Positions 53,601 to 62,199 of a stretch of 64,000 nt of DNA are shown here, piece after piece. A model generated the notes under the pieces. The model had not been told where the DNA came from, did not search any database, and saw only the letters and a program-made list of their open reading frames with translations. The stretch spans positions 290,718,001 through 290,782,000 of the forward strand of contig OZ024740.1 of assembly GCA_964016885.1 (NCBI GenBank). The letters run 5' to 3'. This DNA is from Eledone cirrhosa (Eukaryota). Each line of letters opens with the position of its first letter. Within the stretch, counting starts at the first letter, position 1. Position numbers and translations under genes: made by a program.

Positions 53601-56006
53601 ACCCCATTTTTTATTTGGGTGCCCCGTTTTTTTATGGGGGGGTCCGTTTTTTATTTGGGTGCCCGGTTTTTTTATGGGGGGATCCGTTTTTTATTTGTTT
53701 ACCCCGTTTTTTATTTGGGGGCACCTTTTTTATTTGGGTACCCCGTTTTTTATTTGGGTGCCCCGTTTTTATAAGGGGGGCTCCGTTTTTTATTTGGGTG
53801 CCCCGTTTTTTATTTGGGTGCCCCGTTTTTTATTTGGGTGCACCGTTTTTTATTTGGGTGCACCGTTTTTTATTTGGGTGCACCTTTTTTATTTGGGAAC
53901 CCCGTCTTTTATTTGGGTGCCCCGTTTTTATATGGGGGGGTCCGTTTTTTATTTGGGTGCCCCGTTTTTTATTTGGGTGCACCGTTTTTTATTTGGGTGC
54001 ACCGTTTTTTATTTGGGTGCCCCGTTTTTTATTTGGGTACCCCGTTTTTTATTTGGTTGCCCCGTTTTTATATGGGGGGTCCGTTTTTTATTTGGGTACC
54101 CCGTTTTTTATTTGGGTTCCCCGTTTTTTTATGGGGGGTCCGTTTTTTATTTGGGTACCCCGTTTTTTATTTGGGTGCGCCGTTTTTTATGGGGGTTCCG
54201 TTTTTTATTTGGGTGCCCCGTTTTTTTATGGGGGGGTCCGTTTTTTATTTGGGTGCCCCGTTTTTTATTTGGGTACCCCGTTTTTTATTTGGGTGCCCCG
54301 TTTTTTATGGGGGGGTCCGTTTTTTATTTGGGTACCCCGTTTTTTATTTGGGTGCCCCGTTTTTTATGGGGGGGTCCGTTTTTTATTTGGGTGCCCCGTT
54401 TTTTTATGGGGGGATCCGTTTTTTATTTGGGAACCCCATTTTTTATTTGGGTGCCCCGTTTTTTTATGGGGGGGTCCGTTTTTTATTTGGGTGCCCCGTT
54501 TTTTTATGGGGGGTCCGTTTTTTATTTGGGTGTCACGTTTTTTATTTGGGTGCACCGTTTTTTATTTGGGTACACCGTTTTTTATTTGGGTGCCCCGTTT
54601 TTTTATGGGGAGTCCGTTTTTTATTTGGGTATCCCTTTTTTTATAGGGTGTCCGTTTTTTATTTGGGAACCCCATTTTTTATTTGGGTGCTCCGTTTTTT
54701 TATGGGGGTCCGTTTTTTATTTGGGTGCCCCGTTTTTTTATGGGGGGGGTCCGTTTTTTATTTGGGTGCCCCGTTTTTTTATTGGGGGGGGTCCGTTTTT
54801 TATTTGGGTGCCCCGTTCTTTTATGGGGGGGTCCGTTTTGTATTTGGGTGCCCCGTTTTATATTTGGGTGCACCGTTTTTTATTTGGGTGCCCCGTTTTT
54901 TATTTGGGTACCCCGTTTTTTATTTGGGTGCCCCGTTTTTTTATGGGGGGTTCGTTTTTTATTTGTTTACCCCGTTTTTTATTTGGGTGCCCCTTTTTTT
55001 ATTTGGGTGCCCCGTTTTTTTATGGGGGGGTCCGTTTTTTATTTGGGTGCCCCGTTTTTTTATGGGGGTCCGTTTTTTATTTGGGAACCCCATTTTTTAT
55101 TTGGGTGCCCCGTTTTTTTATGAGGGGTCCGTTTTTTATTTGGGTGCCCCATTTTTTTATGGGGGGGTCCGTTTTTTATTTGGGTGCCCCGTTTTTTTAT
55201 TGGGGGGGTCCGTTTTTTATTTCGGTGCCCCGTTCTTTTATGGGGGGGGCCGTTTTGTATTTGGGTGCCCCGTTTTATATTTGGGTGCACCGTTTTTTAT
55301 TTGGGTTCCCCGTTTTTTATTTGGGTACCCCGTTTTTTATTTGGGTGCCCCGTTTTTTTATGGGGGGTCCGTTTTTTATTTGGGTGCCCCGTTTTTTATT
55401 TGGGTGCACCGTTTTTTATTTGGGTGCCCCGTTTTTTATTTGGGTACCCCGTTTTTTATTTGGGTTCCCCGTTTTTTTATGGGGGGGTCCGTTTTTTATT
55501 TGGGTACCCCGTATTTTATTTGAGTGCCCCGTTTTTTATGGGGGGTCCGTTTTTTATTTGGGTGCCCCGTTTTTTTATGGGGGGAGTCCATTTTTTATTT
55601 GGGTGCCCCGTTTTTGATGGGGGGGGGGCGTTTTTTATTTGGGTGCCCCGTTTTTTATTTGGGTACCCCGTTTTTTATTTGGGTGCCCCGTTTTTTTATG
55701 GGGGGGTCCGTTTTTTATTTGGGTACCCCGTTCTTTATTTGGGTGCCCCGTTTTTTTATGGGGGGGTCCGTTTTTTGTTTGGGTACCCCGTTTTTTATTT
55801 GGGTGCCCCGTTTTTTTATGGGGGGTCCGTTTTTTATTTGGGTGCCCCGTTTTTTTTATGGGGGGGTCCGTTTTTTATTTGGGTACCCCGTTTTTTATTT
55901 GGGTGCCCCGTTTTTTTATGGGGGGGTCCGTTTTTTATTTGGGTACCCCGTTTTTTATTTGAGTGCCCGTTTATTTATGGGGGGGTCCGTTTTTTATTTG
56001 GGTACC

Positions 56007-56030
56007 CCGTTTTTTATTTTATAAAAACGG
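56007..56030. other. Orientation-switch junction between the two arrays, with no spacer
   Basis: CCGTTTTTTAT-TTT-ATAAAAACGG. Base composition flips from T/G-rich to A/C-rich, and the long ORFs switch from + to - at this point. Contains the perfect palindrome TTTTATAAAA (56017-56026). Confidence 0.96.
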
Positions 56031-56999
56031 ATCCCCAAATAAAAAACGGACACCCAAATAAAAGACGGATCCCCATATAAAAAACGGAGGCCCATATAGA
56101 AAACGGAAACCCACCCCAAATAAAAAAAGGCCCAAAAAACGGACCCCCCCCCCCTTCCCCAATAAAAAACGGCCCCCTCCAAATAAAAATCAGATCCCTA
56201 AATAAAAAACGGACACCCAAATAAAAACATTCCCAAATAAAAAACGGATCCCCAAATAAAAACGGATTCCCCCAAATAAAAAACGGATCCCCAAATTAGA
56301 AACGGACACCCTCCAAAATAAAAAACGGATCCCCCCTCCAATAAAAAACGGATCCCCAAATAAAAAACGAACCCCCAAATAAAAAACGGATTCCCCCCAA
56401 ATAAAAAACTGGCACCCCACCCCAAATAAATAACGGAGTCCAAATAAAAATTGAATCACCAAATAAAAAACGGACACCCAAATAAAAAAACGGATACCCA
56501 AATAAAAAACGGATCCCCAAATAAAAAACTGACCCTCCAAATAAAAAACGTAAAACCAAATAAAAAAATGGACCTCTAAATATAAAACGGAGACCCAAAT
56601 TAAAAACGGACCCCACCCAAATAAAGAACGGTCCCCCAAATAAAAAACGGATTCCCCCAAATACAAAACGGATCCCCAAATTATACGGACCTCCCCCCAA
56701 TAAAAAACGGATCCCCAAATAAAAAAACTGGCCCCCACCCCAAATAAATAACGGTGCCCAAATAAAAATTGGATTCTCAAATAAAAAACGGACCCCCAAA
56801 TAAAAAGCGGATCCCCAAATAAAAAACGGACACCCATATAAAATAACGGAATCCCACCCCAAATAAAAAACGGCCCCAAAAACGGACCCCCCTTCCCCCC
56901 CTTCCCCAATAAAAAACGGCCACCTCCAAATAAAAATCAGATCCCTAAATAAAAAACGGACACCCAAATAAAAACATTCCCAAATAAAAAACGGATCCC

Positions 57000-59000
57000 C
57001 AAATAAAAAACGGTCACCCAAATGAAAAATGGACCCCCAAATAAAAAACGATCCCCCCCCCACACACAAATAAAAAACGGTTCGCCAAATAAAAAACGGA
57101 CCCCACCCCAATTAAAAAACGGAACTCCCAAATAAAAACGGACACACCCAAATAAAAAACGGATCCTCAAATAAAAACGAAACCCCAAATAAAAAACGGA
57201 CCCCCAAATAAAAAACGGATTCCCCCAAATAAAAAACGGATCCCCAAATTAGAAACGGACACCCTCCCAAATAAAAAACGGATCCTCCCTCCAATAGAAA
57301 ACGGATCCCCAAATAAAAAACGGACCCCCAAATAAAAAACGGATTCCCCCAAATAAAAAACTGGCACCCCACCCCAAATAAATAACGGAGCCCAAATAAA
57401 TATTGGATCACCAAATAAAAAACGGACACCCAATTAAAAAACGGATACCCAAATAAAAACGGATCCCCCAAATAAAAAACTGACCCTCCAAATAAAAAAC
57501 GGACCCCCAAATAAAAAAATGGACCCCTAAATATAAAACGAAGACCCAAATAAAAAACGAACACCCAAATAAAAAACGGATCCCCCAAAATAAAAAACGG
57601 ATCCCCAAATAAAAAACGGACACCCAAATAAAAGAAGGATCCCCATGTAAAAAACGGACCCCCCCAAAAAAGTATCAAAAACGGATTTCCAAATAAAAAA
57701 CCGATCCCCCACCCCAAATAAAAAACGGATCGATGCCCAAATAAAAAACGGGACCCCCAATAAAAAACGGATCCCCCCAAATAAACGGATACCCATATAA
57801 AAAACGGACCCCACCCAAATAAAAAACGGATCCCCCCCACAAATAAAAGACGGACACCCAAATAGAAAACGGATTTCCCCCAAATAAATAACGGACCCCT
57901 CCCAAATAAAAAACGGACCCGCAAACAAAACAAGGATCCCCAAATCAAAAATGGATTCCCCCCAAATAAAAAACATTCCCAAATAAAAAACGGATCCCCA
58001 AATAAAAAACGGTCACCCAAATGAAAAATTGACCCCCAATTAAAAAACGACCCCCCCCCCCACACACACACACACCAAATAAAAAACGCATCGCCAAATA
58101 AAAAACGGACCCCACCCCAATTAAAAAACGGAACTCCCAAATAAAAACGGACACCCTCAAATAAAAAACGGATCCTCAAATAAAAACGAAACCCCAAATA
58201 AAAAAACGGACCTCCATATAAAAAACGGATTCCCCCAAATAAAAAACGGATCCCCAAATTAGAAACGGACACCCTCCCAAATAAAAAACGGATCCTCCCT
58301 CCAATAAAAAACGGATCCCCAAATAAAAAACGTACCCCCAAATAAAAAACAGATTCCCCCAAAATAAAAAAACTGGCACCCCACCCCAAATAAATAACGG
58401 AGCCCGAATAAAAATTGGATCACCAAATAAAAAACGGACACCCAATTAAAAAACGGATACCCAAATAAAAAACGGATCCCCAAATAAAAAACTGACCCTC
58501 CAAATAAAAAACGGACCCCCAAATAAAAAATGGACCCCTAAATATACAACGGAGACCCAAATTAAAAACTGACACCCAAATAAAAAACGGATCCCCCAAA
58601 ATAAAAAACGGATCCCCAAATAAAAAACGGACACCCAAATATAAGAAGGATCCCCATGTAAAAAACGGACCCCCCCAAAAAAAGTATCAAAAACGGATTT
58701 CCAAATAAAAAACCGATCCCCCACCCCAAATAAAAAACGGATCGATGCCCAAATAAAAAACGGGACCCCCAATACAAAACGGATCCCCCCAAATAAACGG
58801 ATACCCATATAAAAAACGGACCCCACCCAAATAAAAAACGGATCCCCCCACAAATAAAAGACGGACACCCAAATAAAAAACGGATTTCCCCCAAATAAAT
58901 AACGGACCCCTCCCAAATAAAAAACGGACCCGCAAATAAAAAACGGATCCCCAAATAAAAAACGGATTCCCCCTAAAAAAAAACTGGCACCCCACCCCAA
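57000..59000 (-). repeat. Higher-order repeat of the 19-bp subfamily, ~1.0-kb unit x2 (diverged)
   Basis: GGTCACCCAAATGAAAAAT at 57012/58011, TTAGAAACGGACACCCTCCC at 57249/58259, AAAGTATCAAAAACGGATTTCC at 57669/58681. Confidence 0.83.
58050..58076 (+). repeat. Poly-C + (CA)7 microsatellite inside one satellite monomer (homologous copies near 57061, 59190, 62298, 63041, 63785)
   Basis: CGACCCCCCCCCCCACACACACACACACCAAAT. In these copies it lies two monomers downstream of GGTCACCCAAATGAAAAAT. Confidence 0.88.
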
Positions 59001-62000
59001 ATAAATAACGGAGCCCAAATAAAAAACGGACCCCCAAATAAAAAAATGGACCCCTAAATATAAAACGGAGACCCAAATAAAAAACGGACACCCAAATAAA
59101 AAACATTCCCAAATAAAAAACGGATCCCCAAATAAAAAACGGTCACCCAAATGAAAAATGGACCTCCAAATAAAAAACGATCCCCCCCCCATACACACAC
59201 CAAATAAAAAAAGGATCGCCAAATAAAAAACGGACCCCACCCCAATTAAAAAACGGAACTCCCAAATAAAAACGGACACCCCCAAATAAAAAACGGATCC
59301 CCAAATAAAAAACTGGCACCCCACCCCCCAAAAAAGGATACCCCCCAATAGAAAACGGAGCTCCAAATAAAAAACTGGCACCCCACCCCAAATAAAAAAC
59401 GGACACCCAAATAAATAACGGATCCGCCCAAATAAAAAACGGATACCCCCCAAAAAACGGACATCAAGATAAAAGAAGGATCCCCATATAAAAAACGGAC
59501 CCCCCCAAAAAAATATCAAAAACGGATTTCCAAATAAAAAACAGATCCCCCACCCCAAATAAAAAACGGATCGATGCTCAAATTAAAAACGGGACCTCCA
59601 ATGAAAAACGGATCCCACCATATAAACGGATACCCATATAAAAAACGGACCCCACCCAAATAAAAAACGGATCCCCCCCACAGATAAAAAACGGACACCC
59701 AAATAAAAAACGGATTTCCCCCAAATAAATAACGGACCCCCTCCCAAATAAAAAACGGAGCCCAAATAAAAAATGGATCCCCAAATAAAAAACGGACACC
59801 CAAATAAAAAACGGATCCCCAAATAAAAAACGGACACCCAAATAAAAAACGGACCCCCCAAATAAAAAACGAACCCCCAAATAAAAAATGGACCCCTAAA
59901 TAAAAAACCGGAGACCCAAATAAAAAACGGACACCCAAATAAAAAGCGGACACCCAAATAAAAGACGGATCCCCATATAAAAAAAGCACCTACCCCCAAA
60001 AAAATACGGATTTCCAAGTAAAAAACGGATCCCCCACCCCAAATAAAAAAAAGGTTCGATGCCCAAATAAAAAACGGAACACCCAAATAAAAAACGGATC
60101 GCCCAAAATAAAAAAACGGATACCCATATAAAAAACGGACCCCCACCCCGAATAAAAAAGGGATCCCCCAATAAAAAACGGATCCCCCCCAATAGAAAAC
60201 GGAGCCCCAAATGAAAAACGGCCCGCTCCAAATAAAAACCCATTCCCAAATAAAAAACGGTCCTCCACCCCAAATAAAAAACGGATCGATCCCCAAATAA
60301 AAAATGAATCCCCAAATAAAAAACGGACACCCAAATAAAAAACATTCCCAAATAAAAAACGAACCCCCATATAAAAAATTGTACCCCTAAATAAAAAACG
60401 GACAACCAAATAAAATACGGACACCCAAATTAAAAACATTCCCAAATAAAAAACGGATCCCAAATAAAAAATGGTCACCCAAATGAAAAATGGATCCCCA
60501 AATAAAAAACGGATCCCAAATAAAAACAGATCCCCAAATAAAAAACGGTCCCCCAAATAAAAAACGGATTCCCCCAAATAAAAAACGGATCCCCAAATTA
60601 AAAACGGACACCCTCCCAATTAAAAAAAGGATCCCACTTCAATAAAAAACGGATCCCCAAATAAAAAACGGACCCCCAAATAAAAAACGAATTCCCCCCA
60701 AATAAAAAACTGGCACCCCACCCCAAATAAATAACGGAGCCCAAATAAAAATTGGATCACCAAATAAAAAACGGACACCCAAATAAAAAACGGATACCCA
60801 AATAAAAAATGGACCCCTAAATATAAAACGGAGACCCAAATAAAAAACGGACACCCAAATATAAAACGGATCCCCCAAATAAAAAACGGATCCCCCCCAA
60901 AAACGGACATCAAAATAAAAGAATAAAAACGGATCCCCCTTCAATAAAAAAACAGATCCCCATATGAAAAACGGACGCCCCCAAAAAAAATATCAAAAAC
61001 GGATTTCCAAATAAAAAACAGATCCCCCGCCTCAAATAAAAAACGGATCGATGCCCAAATAAAAAACGGGACCCACAATAAAAAACGGATCCCACCATAT
61101 AAACGGATAACCATATAAAAAACGGACCCCACCCAAATAAAAAACGGATCGCCCCCACAAATAAAAAACGGACCCCCAAATAAAAAACGGATTCCCCCCA
61201 AATAAAAAACGGGCCCCCAAAGCCAAATAAATAACGGAGCCCAAATAAAAAATGGATCCCCAAATAAAAAACGGACAACCAAATAAAAAACGGATCCCCA
61301 AATAAAAAACGGACAGCCAAATTAGAAACGGACCCCCCCAATAAAAAACGAACCCCCAAATAAAAAAATGGACCCCTAAATAAAAAACGGACACCCAAAT
61401 AAAAAACGGACACCCAAATAAAAAACGGACACCCAAATAAAAGACGGATCCCATATAAAAACGGACCCCACCCCAAATAAAAAAGGGATCCCCCAATAAA
61501 AAACGGACCCCCCCCCAAATAAAAAACGGATACCCCCCAATAGAAAACGGACCCCCAAATAGAAAACGGCCCCCTCCAAATAAAAAACCCATTCCCAAAT
61601 AAAAAACGGTCCTCCACCCCAAATAAAAAAACTGATCGATCCCCAAATAAAAAATGTATCCCCAAATAAAAAACGGACACCCAAATAAAAAACGGACCCC
61701 CAAATAAAAAACTGACTCCCAAATAAAAAAAATGGACCCCCCAAATAAAAAACGGATCCCCAAATAAAAACGGATCCCCAAATAAAAGACGGATCCCCAA
61801 ATAAAAACGAATCCCCAAATAAAAGACAAATCCCCATATAAAAACGGACCCACCCCAAAAAAAAATCGGATTCCCAAATAAAAAACGGACCCCCCAAATA
61901 AAAAACTGACCACCAAATAAAAACAATGGACCCCCCCCCCCCCCCAATAAAAACGGATCCCCAAATAAAAGACAGATCCCCATATAAAAACGCCCCCCCC

Positions 62001-62199
62001 CCAAAAAAATCGGATTCCCAAATAAAAAACGGATCCCCAAATTGAAAACGGCCCCCCTCCCAAATAAAAAAACTCCCCCACCCCCCCACCCCAATAAAAA
62101 ACAGATCCCCCCAATAGAAACGGACCCCCAAATAAAAAACGGTCCCCTCCAAATAAAAAAAACCATTCCCAAATAAAAAACGGTCTTCCACCCCGAATA

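Larger units (their letters stand above)
1..56020 (+). repeat. Tandem satellite array, ~20-bp monomer, two interleaved classes (A: CGTTTTTTATTTGGGTGCCC; B: CGT(6-8)ATG(5-9)TC); continues past the left edge of the window
   Basis: Uninterrupted repetition across 56 kb. Runs of class A align in register on the 60-nt lines (e.g. 1501-1620, 9181-9300). No unique sequence seen. Roughly 2800 monomers by length/20. Confidence 0.99.

Noticed and set aside
879-55290. Short Lys/Pro-rich minus-strand ORFs (MHPNKKRGTQIKNGPP...) resembling basic or NLS-bearing peptides
   Set aside because: They are direct translations of the satellite's reverse strand, and their recurrence only tracks the DNA duplications.
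1-56020. Array of rho-independent terminators (GC dyad followed by a T-run)
   Set aside because: The resemblance is superficial: stems are only 3-4 bp with 0-2 nt loops, and there are no upstream genes or any sign of prokaryotic context.
56016-56027. Bidirectional TATA box (TATAAAAA) created at the junction
   Set aside because: TATAAAA also occurs in many ordinary variant monomers (CCATATAAAAAACGG), and there is no other promoter evidence.
9-56080. Giant + strand ORFs (up to 3512 aa) as membrane or repeat proteins
   Set aside because: All three frames are open at once with the same peptide, the repeat unit is not a multiple of 3, indels are frequent, and there is no unique domain. Openness follows from A occurring almost only in TAT.
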